Source: a virus
Taxonomy: Duplodnaviria > Caudoviricetes
DNA length: 31,370 nt
Strand: one strand, 5' to 3'
Virus record (IMG/VR): IMGVR_UViG_3300025018_000394
Span: 1 to 31,370 of that record
Shown: piece by piece, positions 17,629 to 27,899 of the stretch
Numbering within the stretch: position 1 is the first letter of the stretch
Layout: each line of letters begins with the position of its first letter
The notes under the pieces: generated by a model
Databases searched by the model: none
What the model was told of the DNA's origin: nothing
The model's input: the letters and a program-made list of their open reading frames with translations, nothing else
Translations under genes and position numbers: made by a program

Positions 17629-19168
17629 TATCTTGGGAGGCAAGAGTTCCAGTCCCTATCTTTATGCAGACGGGCAATTTCTAAACTCTATCGCTATTGA
17701 CCCTGACCTGCCAATTTCAGACAGTAACGATTTTTTGGCATCAGGAATGTTGCGACCCGTTTCTTATGCTTCTTTTGACGGGGCACAGGTAACAGGAACG
17801 CCAATGTTCATCCTTACCAATCCGAAAGATACCAATGTTTATGTTTATCTCAACAATGGTCGGGTAGTGAGTTACAGTTCATCTTTAGCCAGTGAAGCGT
17901 TGGTGGCAACAGCTTCAACGAGTACTGGAAATGGTGCTTGCTACTATAATAATTACCTGTACTTTGCTACGGGAACGGATATTGATAGGTATGGTCCATT
18001 AAATGGCACGCCTGCTTATGACGCTTCTTGGTGGACAGACAGAAGTTTAACAGCCTTAACCAATACCACCTATCCGACAGTCAGAGATAGTGTTTTGATG
18101 CCTAATCACCCAATGTGCGTTCACGGCGACGGAGCATTATACATTGGAGATTACATAAACGGTCAAGGGTTGATACATAAAATCAAAACTTCCAAGACTA
18201 CTGCCGAGGGTGATACCGATAATGGCTCGGCCTACAATGTTTTAGATTTACCGTTTGGTTATATGCCAACGAGTATTTGTTCTTATGGAACAGACCTTGT
18301 GATTGGGGCTATTCAAACTACTAATGGCACGGTCGCTCAAGGGAAAGCGGCATTATTCTTTTGGGACGCTATCAACTCCTCATTTTACGCTCAAATAGAC
18401 ATACCAGATTCAATTCTAAGCGCTGTAAAGTCGGTTAATGGTGTTTTATACCTTTTCTCCGGTTCGTTGTCTGACGGGGGCTATAGAATGTCGTATTATG
18501 CAGGAGGTTATACAATCAAAACAGTATATTTTTCACAAGACGGTTATCCGCCATTGAGTGGTGCGGTTGACGCAATCGGCGACAAGATAATTTGGGGGAC
18601 AGTACAGAAAGTACAAACCACGAGTACTCCTGAATACTATGCTGTTGCGATGAGTTATGGCTCAAAGTCTGCCAGCATTCCTAGTGGCGTTCAGTGCATT
18701 GCTAACAGTAGTGTTACCGCTACGAGTTCACAGGGTATTATTTCAGCTCTGGCGATGCCCTTACAATCTTCATTTTCATTGCCACAAGTAGTAATGGGCT
18801 GGAAAGACGATTCGGCTTATGGATTAGATAAACGCTCGACTACTTATGGGACGGCCATTTGGCATTCACCGATTGTACAGATAGGCAGAAAAGCAATCAT
18901 TCGCAGAATAAGATTCAATCTGCCTTTAGCCGTCGGGGCGAATATGACTATTGTGCCAAAAGTTTTTATCGATAATCAATCCAGCTCAAGCATAATAGGT
19001 TTAAGAACAATCAATAATACCAACTACGCTAAAAGCGAACGGTTTATTGAGTTTAAGCCGGATATAAATGTAATAAATAACTTCTTTTTGGAGTTGCGGT
19101 GGTCTGGGTCAGCATTAGCGCCTGTGCAGTTACCAATCGAAATAGATATTGAACCAATACTAGATTAG
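17600..19168 (+). CDS. Tail nozzle/hub (P22 gp10- or T7 gp12-like beta-propeller)
   Basis: 522 aa with repeated beta-blade patterns and a C-terminal beta-sandwich (W.S..G..IRRIRF); follows the adaptor. Confidence 0.7.
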   Translation: MKVQTIQISSILGGKSSSPYLYADGQFLNSIAIDPDLPISDSNDFLASGMLRPVSYASFDGAQVTGTPMFILTNPKDTNVYVYLNNGRVVSYSSSLASEALVATASTSTGNGACYYNNYLYFATGTDIDRYGPLNGTPAYDASWWTDRSLTALTNTTYPTVRDSVLMPNHPMCVHGDGALYIGDYINGQGLIHKIKTSKTTAEGDTDNGSAYNVLDLPFGYMPTSICSYGTDLVIGAIQTTNGTVAQGKAALFFWDAINSSFYAQIDIPDSILSAVKSVNGVLYLFSGSLSDGGYRMSYYAGGYTIKTVYFSQDGYPPLSGAVDAIGDKIIWGTVQKVQTTSTPEYYAVAMSYGSKSASIPSGVQCIANSSVTATSSQGIISALAMPLQSSFSLPQVVMGWKDDSAYGLDKRSTTYGTAIWHSPIVQIGRKAIIRRIRFNLPLAVGANMTIVPKVFIDNQSSSSIIGLRTINNTNYAKSERFIEFKPDINVINNFFLELRWSGSALAPVQLPIEIDIEPILD

Positions 19169-19169
19169 T

Positions 19170-21710
19170 ATGAAAATTGTCGTCTACAATTTATCTTCAT
19201 ACGGCAAAAACGACCTGTATAGTGTCGATGATTCTGATATTACAACAAATCCTACAACATCAGAGTTGGAGATTTTATCGAAGACAGATGTAGAAGACAT
19301 AGTAACGGAGATGTTCAATAACTATGCCGACCAGATTCGTTGGGGGTCATCTCTTAGTAGTGAAGTATTTTTAGTCGACAGTAAGGGAATCAGACTAGGG
19401 AGTACAGACTTTGATGTAGCGCCTTTTTCTGTAACTATGGCAGGCGCTCTTAAAGCCACTTCTGCCACTATCACAGGTTCGGTTACAGCGACATCGGGAG
19501 CGATAGGGGGCTGGGTAATAGGCGCAACCACGCTTTATAGTCCTAGTTCTAATCCAACAATAACTCTTGATTCTGCTAATGAATTGATAAAGGTAGGTAA
19601 TGGTACACCATATTTAATAATTGACGGTGCTAATGCCACTATTAAGACTTCTGATTTTGCGACTGGTAGTCTGGGTTGGAACATCGACACAGATGAAGCG
19701 GAGTTTAACAATGTTCGTGTCAGAGGAATGTTGAAAACAACCGTGTTCCAAAAAGATGTTGTTTCGGCAGTCGGTGGTCAACTGTTGGTCTCAAATGCTG
19801 ATATTTTAGACGCAAAAATGACAGCTCTTGACGCTTCTACTCTGACTATTTCGGGTGAAACTACTTTTGCGGTCAATGATATGCTTCATATCAAAGACGA
19901 AACTGACGAAGAATATTTAAGAATAACTAATGTTGCCTCCGCTCCGACTTATTCGGTTACAAGAGACCTAGCAGGAGCTTATAGTGCTAACAATAACCCT
20001 ACTTGGGAGAAAGGAACGGCGGTAGTCAAAGAGGGTGAGTCTGACGGGGCTTCGGCTTTTTCAGGAGGATTTTTGAAAATGCTCGGCGAGGGTACAAACT
20101 CGCCAAAGTATTCTGTATTCAAAAGAACAGGGGTCGCCTACAATGCCATTACGGAGTACGTAACAATGGGTAACTTAAACGGGCAGTTGGATTATGTTTC
20201 TGATGAATACGGATTTTTAGCAGGGACGACAGCTGATGGATATTTCGCTTTTGACCCGACTAATGGTGCGAGAGTTCAGGGTAAACTTCTTGTCCGCTAT
20301 TCCCCTTTCACCGCCGGCTGGGATTTAACAACTGGCGAGTTTGTTGCGCTGGAAAGTGATAACGAATTATATCCAACTCGAATTACAGGGATTGACGATA
20401 CGGCGGAAGATACGCAGGACAGTGCGATTTTCGCTTCTGGTGCTCGGAATGCTTATCAATCAATGGCTTTTATAACTCGTGATATAATCTTACATTTTTC
20501 AAAGCAAGTAGGTAGTTCAAGCATATACCAAAGGTTAACCCTAGATGTTGATAATGACGCTATTATGGCGGTTACGCATAATGGCAATCCAACTTCGACT
20601 GGGGCTTCTAACCCTAGTTTACCAATGCTTAAACGAATGTCAGATACTACAGCAATTTTAGTTGAGAGTGATATTGCTGGGAGTGCTGGAACAGAAAAAG
20701 TATATGCTCAATTATTTTCAGGGCTTGATGTTGCCGTCACTACAAATGCGGTTTGTACTGTCAGTACCGACGCTAATACCATTGTAGTTGAAAGATATAC
20801 CGACACACAGGCAGTTGCTTGTTATCGAGATTATACAGGTGGTGATGTGGTTTTTGTTAAATTGGATATTTCAGGAACAACTATTACAGCAGGCTCGGAG
20901 GAAGTGGTTTATGCTGGGACAATAGCGAAAGTTTTCGACCTTGTACGCTTTGGGGACACTGATTATTTTCTTTGTTTATTTGATGACGGGACTAATTTTA
21001 GGGTAGCTGTTTTTCAGTGGGACGGAACGACTTTCACGGCAGGTGGGTCGGCAACAGTCGCCGCCAGAGCAAGGGGTAATCCTGTTTTGTGTGCTCTTGA
21101 TGACACAAGGGTAGGATTAGCTTTCCAAAACTCAACTAACCTACAGGCTCTTGTTGTCAGTCGAAGTGGGACAACCCCGACAGTTAATTCAGCAACCATT
21201 ATAGATACTGTTACAAATGCAGACCAAGATAACACAAGGATTTGTCGAATAGGTCCGGATTCATTCTTTGTGATGTACGCTGATACGACAGTGGTGGCCG
21301 GAAATACAGACCAAGACGCAATTCTTGTTCGAGCCAAAGGAAATGTAACGTCTGTTATTGGTAGCAAAATAAATGTTCAGACAACTCAACAGCAAGGTGG
21401 AACGTGTACACGTGTGTCGGCAAAACACGTTTTGATGGAGGTTCAAACAAACGCTACTACCGGTAGATTCAGACTTTACGGAATGAACAATAACTATGAC
21501 GATATGATTGGCGTGGTGGCGGAGGATATTGCAGAAAATGCAACTGGCGGAGTGTTCTTTGGCCCTTATGCTAACGGATTAACGGGGGTGGAATTAAATG
21601 GACAGTATTATATCGGCCCCGACGGGGAGTTTATAACTTACGCCGAGGGTGGATTAGTCAGAAAAGCAATTGGCTTGTCCTCAACTGAAATTGAATTAGC
21701 AAGTATATGA
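19170..21710 (+). CDS. Tail fibre / receptor-binding protein
   Basis: APFSV..G.L.ATSATITG.VTATSG.IGGW.I and AEFNNVRVRG fibre motifs; repeated propeller-like blades in the C-terminal half. Confidence 0.75.
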   Translation: MKIVVYNLSSYGKNDLYSVDDSDITTNPTTSELEILSKTDVEDIVTEMFNNYADQIRWGSSLSSEVFLVDSKGIRLGSTDFDVAPFSVTMAGALKATSATITGSVTATSGAIGGWVIGATTLYSPSSNPTITLDSANELIKVGNGTPYLIIDGANATIKTSDFATGSLGWNIDTDEAEFNNVRVRGMLKTTVFQKDVVSAVGGQLLVSNADILDAKMTALDASTLTISGETTFAVNDMLHIKDETDEEYLRITNVASAPTYSVTRDLAGAYSANNNPTWEKGTAVVKEGESDGASAFSGGFLKMLGEGTNSPKYSVFKRTGVAYNAITEYVTMGNLNGQLDYVSDEYGFLAGTTADGYFAFDPTNGARVQGKLLVRYSPFTAGWDLTTGEFVALESDNELYPTRITGIDDTAEDTQDSAIFASGARNAYQSMAFITRDIILHFSKQVGSSSIYQRLTLDVDNDAIMAVTHNGNPTSTGASNPSLPMLKRMSDTTAILVESDIAGSAGTEKVYAQLFSGLDVAVTTNAVCTVSTDANTIVVERYTDTQAVACYRDYTGGDVVFVKLDISGTTITAGSEEVVYAGTIAKVFDLVRFGDTDYFLCLFDDGTNFRVAVFQWDGTTFTAGGSATVAARARGNPVLCALDDTRVGLAFQNSTNLQALVVSRSGTTPTVNSATIIDTVTNADQDNTRICRIGPDSFFVMYADTTVVAGNTDQDAILVRAKGNVTSVIGSKINVQTTQQQGGTCTRVSAKHVLMEVQTNATTGRFRLYGMNNNYDDMIGVVAEDIAENATGGVFFGPYANGLTGVELNGQYYIGPDGEFITYAEGGLVRKAIGLSSTEIELASI

Positions 21711-22114
21711 AAACAGACGCAGAAATAAAAGATAATATCATTATCCAAAAGAAGATTACGCTTAATTTTAATGATACGAGCGTAGCCGGACTGGTTAAGA
21801 TTATCCCGATTCTTTCCTTAACAGCTGGCGACCAGCTTATAGGCATAGTGGCAGATGTCGGAGTAGCTTGGGATACAGCCGAGGTTTGTACATTGAAAGT
21901 CGGTGTAGAGAATGATGATGACTCTTTCCTGTTATCCGAGAACCTGAAACTAGTCGGATACAAGTATGGTTTAGGTGTCAGTCTGGCAGATAAAATGGGT
22001 CTGTTTAACACATCTGTTGCGATTCAAGCAAAAATAGAAAGCAGTAGTAATTTAGATACTGCCACCAAAGGCGAAGTAAGGATTTACTTTTTCATAAGAA
22101 AAAAAATGATATAA
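21707..22114 (+). CDS. Hypothetical beta-rich virion protein
   Basis: 135-aa ORF coupled to the fibre gene. Confidence 0.7.
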   Translation: MKTDAEIKDNIIIQKKITLNFNDTSVAGLVKIIPILSLTAGDQLIGIVADVGVAWDTAEVCTLKVGVENDDDSFLLSENLKLVGYKYGLGVSLADKMGLFNTSVAIQAKIESSSNLDTATKGEVRIYFFIRKKMI

Positions 22115-22121
22115 TAATAAT
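22107..22121 (+). promoter_or_regulatory. Extended -10 promoter predicting a leaderless mRNA
   Basis: TGATATAAT followed by 6 nt and then ATG 22122. Confidence 0.45.
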
Positions 22122-25004
22122 ATGGCAGACTTCTTATCAATGTTAAAAAGCGGGGTTTCTCAACCTAAAACGGTTGAGGAATTTCAGGCACTGACAAGTG
22201 AAATTCTTGCGAATGAGGATTTAATCAAACAAGCAGGTAATGTTTCGCCTATCAATGTAGCCAAAAGTTTTGCTTCTGAACTGGCAAGTTATGCAGGGCA
22301 GGATTTGACTACTGTTATTGACCAGCAAGGCGGTCAAGATTTTACGATTGCGGATAAACTGGCTTCGGCATTTAGCTCGATGAAGTTTGATAGAGTACAG
22401 GAAAGACTATCTTCAAAAATGGCGGATATAGAAGAAAAAGTTAAAAGCTATAAAGCAAATGTAGCCAATGTTTTGGCAGACGGGAAAAATACCCCTGAAC
22501 AATTAGCAGCGGTGGAAAAATTAAAAGAACAATATGCTGATTATATTTCTAGTGCTGAAAGCCTAGGGATAGAAGTACCCGACCCTGTATCAACCTCAAC
22601 GGGTTATATGCCAGCTAGTGAGGCTTTTAACGGGACTAAACCAGGGCAGACAGGGACAATCATAAAACTTCAAAAAGATGCTAACGGGAAATATACACTG
22701 ATTGATGAACTCACAGGACAGCAGTATATCGACCCGTCAGGGCAAGCGACTTCGGGATTAACGCTCGAAGAAGCAGACAAGTTGTCTAATATGTTGCAAT
22801 CAGGGGGAACGGCAGACGCAGTCCAGACAGTAGCGACTGCAACAGGAACGGAACCTGGAAATACACTACTGGAAACAGTCGAAGCAACCAATGGTGATTT
22901 CAAAGCCAATAAAGAGTTTGTTAACGGCGCATTTCAGGCTTATTTAGGTAGGGACGCAACCCAAGGGGAATTAGATACTTATGTTGGTCAAACAGTAGAA
23001 GCAATCCGCAACGCTCTTAAAACAGGAGCGAATGGGATAGGAATGACAGAAGATGTTGACCCTGAATTACCAGATGAGTTTGATTCTGATTTCTTGAATG
23101 ACGCAATATCTGCTTCCATTACAGATAGTGATATTTCTGCTTTGTTAACGCAGATGCAAACACAGCAACAGGAACTTCTAGCTTTGCTTGCGCCAACCGA
23201 AGAAGAAACAGACTTAAAAGAACAACTGATTGACTTAAAGACTTCTTACGATTTAGGTTTAGCTGAAATTGAAGACCAACCTATTGCAATGGGATTCATC
23301 ACGGGACAGCAAGCGTCTTTGGAAAGACGAGCGGTAGCTTTAGAAGCAAACCTTTTAATGAAATTAGGATTAGCACAAGATGAAAGGAAGGCGGCGCTTC
23401 AGGCGGCGGAAATAGGATTAGGATTTACACAAACTAACATTGATACTTATTTCAAAATGCAAGAAATAGCTTTTGCGCAAGAACAGGCGTTGTTTAATAA
23501 AATAATGGCTCTGAAACAAGACGCAAGGGATACACTAACGATGATGTTGGAAACTCTACAAGGAGTAGACCCGGCTCAATTAACAAGCGACCAAGTATCT
23601 AGTCTTCAGTCTTTGGCAGATTCCGCAGGTGTTCCGTACAGTTTGTTGGAAGCAGGATTGGATAATATCTATACGCAATCACAGATTGATGAAGTCGGGT
23701 CTCTTACATTGGGTGAAATTTATGACACCGCACAGAAATTATATGATTCAGGTGTCTATGATTCTTTCGCAGATGCTTATAACGCTGTTTCTCAAGGAAC
23801 TGTTGGATTGGAGGACACGGGAGATTGGACTGAATGGCTTTCAGTTACTGGATTAGGAACTATCACTCAAAGTTACGACACTGACCACAACGGAAAAAGT
23901 GGTTGGCACGCTATTGATATTGACGGTGAAATTGGCGATGCTATTTACTCTCCTATTAGCGGAACAATAGTAGAATCGGTAAGCGACCAAGATAGTGCTA
24001 CATCAGGTTGGGGCAATAAAGTAGTCATTGAGGATTCAGACGGCAATCAATGGCTAATGGCTCATTTCTCTAATGTTGCAATCGAAGTAGGTTCAACAGT
24101 ATCTGCCGGACAGTTGATTGGTACTATGGGTGCGACCGGTGAGGTTTATGCTGGAGCGGGTAATAACGGTTCTCATCTACACTTACAGGTAAGGGATTTA
24201 TCGGGTAATTATCTTGACCCACGAACTTTAATGGTTAGTACCGAAGAAACTTCTGATTTAAGTGATTACGCTAAAAGCGCAATGGCTATATTTTCAGTAG
24301 GACTTTCTAGCACGGCCGCCAAAGCTGCTAATCAAGCGTTAAAAGATGCAATCAAATCAGGAAGCTCCCAAGCGATTCAGGAAACTATTTTATCAACTTC
24401 TATAAATGCCTTACCGAGTGCCGAGTCAAAAAACTTTGCAATAGGAAGACAAGAGGCCTTGAACGCATTGGGTTCCATAGAATCGGCACTTAGTGAATAC
24501 ATATCAGCAGGTGGAGACACGGGTTTGATTTCTGGAAATCTTGAAAAAATACAAGAAAGGGTTTTGAAGAGTACAGATGACCCTGAATTAGCGAAAATAG
24601 CCACCCAGATTGTTGTGTCTATACAGGCTTATCGTAAGGCTGTATCAGGTGCGGCTTTCACAGAATCTGAACAAAAAGAATATCAAAGCGTGTTCCCAGA
24701 TGTTGCGAATACACCAGAATTGAATCAAGCCAAGATAGATGCCCTGCGTAGTATTTTCCAGTCTAACCAGCGTTCAACACTTGGAACAATTATGGGATAT
24801 AGTAATTATGATGCTATCTTTCCCACTGTTCCTGATTCAGTACAAACTGAATATGGAACTCTGACTAGAAGCAAGGTCATTGATGCCATTTCTAAAAGGG
24901 TTAGTAGAACAGATGCTTTAAAGTATGCTGATGATATGATGATTCTTTTGGGTGAGGGTTATTCTTTTGATGAGGTATTAAACGAATTAAATAAATTACT
25001 TTGA
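22122..25004 (+). CDS. Internal virion/DNA-ejection protein with an M23 peptidase domain
   Basis: 960 aa, acidic and helical; HAIDID (HxxxD), GWGNKVVI, MAHF, G.TG and SHLHL (HxH) at about 23860-24225. Confidence 0.85.
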   Translation: MADFLSMLKSGVSQPKTVEEFQALTSEILANEDLIKQAGNVSPINVAKSFASELASYAGQDLTTVIDQQGGQDFTIADKLASAFSSMKFDRVQERLSSKMADIEEKVKSYKANVANVLADGKNTPEQLAAVEKLKEQYADYISSAESLGIEVPDPVSTSTGYMPASEAFNGTKPGQTGTIIKLQKDANGKYTLIDELTGQQYIDPSGQATSGLTLEEADKLSNMLQSGGTADAVQTVATATGTEPGNTLLETVEATNGDFKANKEFVNGAFQAYLGRDATQGELDTYVGQTVEAIRNALKTGANGIGMTEDVDPELPDEFDSDFLNDAISASITDSDISALLTQMQTQQQELLALLAPTEEETDLKEQLIDLKTSYDLGLAEIEDQPIAMGFITGQQASLERRAVALEANLLMKLGLAQDERKAALQAAEIGLGFTQTNIDTYFKMQEIAFAQEQALFNKIMALKQDARDTLTMMLETLQGVDPAQLTSDQVSSLQSLADSAGVPYSLLEAGLDNIYTQSQIDEVGSLTLGEIYDTAQKLYDSGVYDSFADAYNAVSQGTVGLEDTGDWTEWLSVTGLGTITQSYDTDHNGKSGWHAIDIDGEIGDAIYSPISGTIVESVSDQDSATSGWGNKVVIEDSDGNQWLMAHFSNVAIEVGSTVSAGQLIGTMGATGEVYAGAGNNGSHLHLQVRDLSGNYLDPRTLMVSTEETSDLSDYAKSAMAIFSVGLSSTAAKAANQALKDAIKSGSSQAIQETILSTSINALPSAESKNFAIGRQEALNALGSIESALSEYISAGGDTGLISGNLEKIQERVLKSTDDPELAKIATQIVVSIQAYRKAVSGAAFTESEQKEYQSVFPDVANTPELNQAKIDALRSIFQSNQRSTLGTIMGYSNYDAIFPTVPDSVQTEYGTLTRSKVIDAISKRVSRTDALKYADDMMILLGEGYSFDEVLNELNKLL

Positions 25005-25005
25005 T

Positions 25006-26292
25006 ATGGGAAAATTATTAGACCTTGCTCGTGAACAAGGGTTAAAAAAACCAACAACACAAATATCACCAGAAGATTTTGATTTAAGTCAGGATAGTGA
25101 GGAACAGACGAAAGTTGATAGGAGTGGGTTATTAGAAAGTCTGGCTAAAGCGTCAGATGCGACTATTGGTAAAGTAGCCAACTTCTTCTTCGGCACTACA
25201 GCAAAAGCTGTTAGTGGTGTAATTGGTTCCGGTGTTGAATCAGCTTTTGAATTGGCTGGTGTTGAAACAAAGAAAACATTTACTGAACAAGCAGAAGAAG
25301 ATATTAACCCTCTTAATATAGGCTTTACAGTATTAGAACTATATCCTGGAGGTAAGGTTTTATCTTCGGCTATGAAAGCAACCAGATTTGCTCCTTTTAT
25401 AGATGATATTGGAAAGATATTAAATAAAATACCTGAAAGATTACAAGCTAGTGCTGTAAAACAATTTTCGCAAGCTCTAGCCCCTACAACGAGGTCATTA
25501 AAAGAAACAGCACAAAAAATAGTGCCCGATTTATTAAAGAAACGGATTTCTGCTCTTACTTCTACTGGATTATTAAATAAAGCGACAGCAGAACTTTATG
25601 CGGCTGGCGATGCAATCGATGAAGTACTAAAAACTATTCCTGAATCAACTACCGTCAGGCTATCTCCCGTTTTGGACTCTCTTGATGATTTAGTGGCAAA
25701 AGTAACTGTTGACGATACGGTTATCAGACCAGCAGTTAAAAAGTCAGTCGATGATTTCAGAGGTATTTTAGAGGAGTTGGGGGATAATGTGTCTTTCGCT
25801 AGTTTGCGCCAAGTTAGACAGATATTAGATGACGCAGTAACTGAAGGTGGTAAAGCGTTCGGTCGCACTTTAGGCGAGTCGACGCAATTAAGTATTCAAA
25901 GAAACACTGCAAATGCTATAAGAGCTGAATTAGCCAAAGAATCGCCTGAATTAGCAAGAGTCAATGCAACATATACTCTTTGGAAGAGTTTACAAGAAAT
26001 AATGGAAGAAACAATAAAAAGAAGAACTGGTCAACAAGGAGCTTTAGAAAAAGTGGCAACTGTTGGCGGTGCTATAGCAGGTTCTGCTGGAGGCGGGGGG
26101 ATATTGACAATAGTTGGTGCAGGAGTTTTATTCAAAAATATCTCTAAACTTTTTTCCTCAACAGGCTGGCGTACAATTTCAGCTGTAAAGAAAGCGCAGT
26201 TGGCTGATTCTTTAGCCTCTGGCAAATTTGATACAGCATTAGAAATTACCAAGCGTTTGTTGATTGGTATTAAAAACACAATCGATGACTAA
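25006..26292 (+). CDS. Second ejection/DNA-transfer-like protein
   Basis: 428 aa, Ala/Leu/Lys helical with a Gly-rich hydrophobic C-terminal segment; follows the large ejection protein. Confidence 0.65.
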   Translation: MGKLLDLAREQGLKKPTTQISPEDFDLSQDSEEQTKVDRSGLLESLAKASDATIGKVANFFFGTTAKAVSGVIGSGVESAFELAGVETKKTFTEQAEEDINPLNIGFTVLELYPGGKVLSSAMKATRFAPFIDDIGKILNKIPERLQASAVKQFSQALAPTTRSLKETAQKIVPDLLKKRISALTSTGLLNKATAELYAAGDAIDEVLKTIPESTTVRLSPVLDSLDDLVAKVTVDDTVIRPAVKKSVDDFRGILEELGDNVSFASLRQVRQILDDAVTEGGKAFGRTLGESTQLSIQRNTANAIRAELAKESPELARVNATYTLWKSLQEIMEETIKRRTGQQGALEKVATVGGAIAGSAGGGGILTIVGAGVLFKNISKLFSSTGWRTISAVKKAQLADSLASGKFDTALEITKRLLIGIKNTIDD

Positions 26293-26348
26293 ATATCGAT
26301 TTTAGCTATGATGAGCCCAATGACGATAATTCCTATTAGTTCTAACAT
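26289..26348 (-). CDS. Putative 19-aa hydrophobic peptide
   Basis: MLELIGIIVIGLIIAKIDI*; sits in the gap between two + strand genes; minus-strand TTGACA at 26391-26396. Confidence 0.35.
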   Translation of the reverse strand: MLELIGIIVIGLIIAKIDI

Positions 26349-26397
26349 ATCTAAATAATAACTCCCATTCCTACCATATAACAAGAAACTTGTCAAT

Positions 26398-27681
26398 ATG
26401 CAGAGATTATACGGACAACCTACTTCAATTCCGTTCGAGATATGGGACGCTGATTTAGATACTGGAATTACCCTAGATAGCAACACTTTTAGCCTTAAAA
26501 TCGGCGGTGCTACTCCAATAGCAGGTGTCCTGACAATCAATCAGACCAATGGTTTTGTCTGGAACGACGGCTCAAATGCTTTGGGGTGGCGGGTGGAAAC
26601 CACAGGTGATGAGTACGCAATGTATAACGCTGGGACGAGTGATGTCTGGTCTTTTGGTACGCCAGTTCAATCTTTAACGATAAATGGGTTTACAGTTAAA
26701 CCAAAGATGTTGGTGGACAGGGCAGGTGGAGATTCAAACATTAACACAATTCTAATCTCCAATCTTGATGTCGCTTCTGCTTCACCGTTTTTTGTCTGGG
26801 CGAGAGCCAGAGGCTCGACAATTAGCCAGAGTACTTTTCAAGCTTTGCAGAGCGGGGATAGAGGAGGTGTGGCTCGTTTTGACGGACACGACGGCACACA
26901 GTTTATTACAGCGGGTACATTTGAGTTCGGCGTGGACGCAGCGGTATCAACAGGAGTAGTACCAACTTCATTTTCAATCTCTTTAATGGGAGCGGCTGGT
27001 ATTCTTTATAAAGATTTTTATATTGATTCTGATGCTGAAGTGCATTTTGCCTCGCTGGGAGTTGACAATGTTTCTGTCCAACCTGCCGGCGGAATGATTG
27101 TCAACCTCGCACGTAAAAGTTTAAACTTGTCTGACTTCATTGTTAGAGGAGCGTCGGGGGATAACCTATTCAGAGTTGATACATCAGCTAATCAGGTCAA
27201 CATTGGTACAGCTATACAAGGAGTGATTACTTCGTTTAGGTCAACAATCGTCTGGTTAAATAATGCCAAAGGTGATATTGATTTTCGTTTTGACGGGGTA
27301 ACAACTAACGGTGTTTTCTTTGCTGATGCGGCACTGGAACGGGTGGGTATTTTTACTCTCGTACCTTTATCTGGATTAGATATCAACAACACTCTTGGAC
27401 TTAAAGTAACGGAAACGGCTACCGACACAACCTCAACAAGCAATTTAATTATCGGAGTCACTAACACAGCGACGGCCAGAACAATAACTTTACAAACAGC
27501 CGATTGTGTCGCTCGTAGGATTATTATAGTAAAAGACCAATCGGGTGGAGCCGGCATAAATAATATTACAATAGCTACACAAGGAGCCGAAACTATTGAC
27601 GGAGCCGCTACAGCGGTTATTGCCGCAAACTATGGGCAAGTAACTTTATACTCTAATGGGACAAATTGGTTTATAATATAA
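26398..27681 (+). CDS. Tail fibre protein
   Basis: G/T/S/N-rich beta repeats (DFRFDG..FF.DA..ERVGI); C-terminal TITL..IIVKD..NNITI..ETIDG..YSNGTNW domain common in fibres. Confidence 0.75.
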   Translation: MQRLYGQPTSIPFEIWDADLDTGITLDSNTFSLKIGGATPIAGVLTINQTNGFVWNDGSNALGWRVETTGDEYAMYNAGTSDVWSFGTPVQSLTINGFTVKPKMLVDRAGGDSNINTILISNLDVASASPFFVWARARGSTISQSTFQALQSGDRGGVARFDGHDGTQFITAGTFEFGVDAAVSTGVVPTSFSISLMGAAGILYKDFYIDSDAEVHFASLGVDNVSVQPAGGMIVNLARKSLNLSDFIVRGASGDNLFRVDTSANQVNIGTAIQGVITSFRSTIVWLNNAKGDIDFRFDGVTTNGVFFADAALERVGIFTLVPLSGLDINNTLGLKVTETATDTTSTSNLIIGVTNTATARTITLQTADCVARRIIIVKDQSGGAGINNITIATQGAETIDGAATAVIAANYGQVTLYSNGTNWFII

Positions 27682-27683
27682 AT

Positions 27684-27899
27684 ATGAAAGAAATAAAAAT
27701 AAAAGAATACAAAAACGGTAAAATCGAAGAAATCACTTTGACCGAAACCACTCGTGAAAAAGAAACCAGCGACACAAAGATCGGTAATATCATTGAGGAC
27801 GGTCTTATTGCGGCCGGCTGTTTCGAGAGCCAAGAGGCGATCGAAGAAACTGTTACCTGGATTTTTAATCAACTAAAAACCGGAGAGTTTTTAATATGA
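27684..27899 (+). CDS. Hypothetical protein, probably leaderless
   Basis: TATAAT 27672-27677, 6 nt, then ATG 27684; 71 aa. Confidence 0.6.
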   Translation: MKEIKIKEYKNGKIEEITLTETTREKETSDTKIGNIIEDGLIAAGCFESQEAIEETVTWIFNQLKTGEFLI

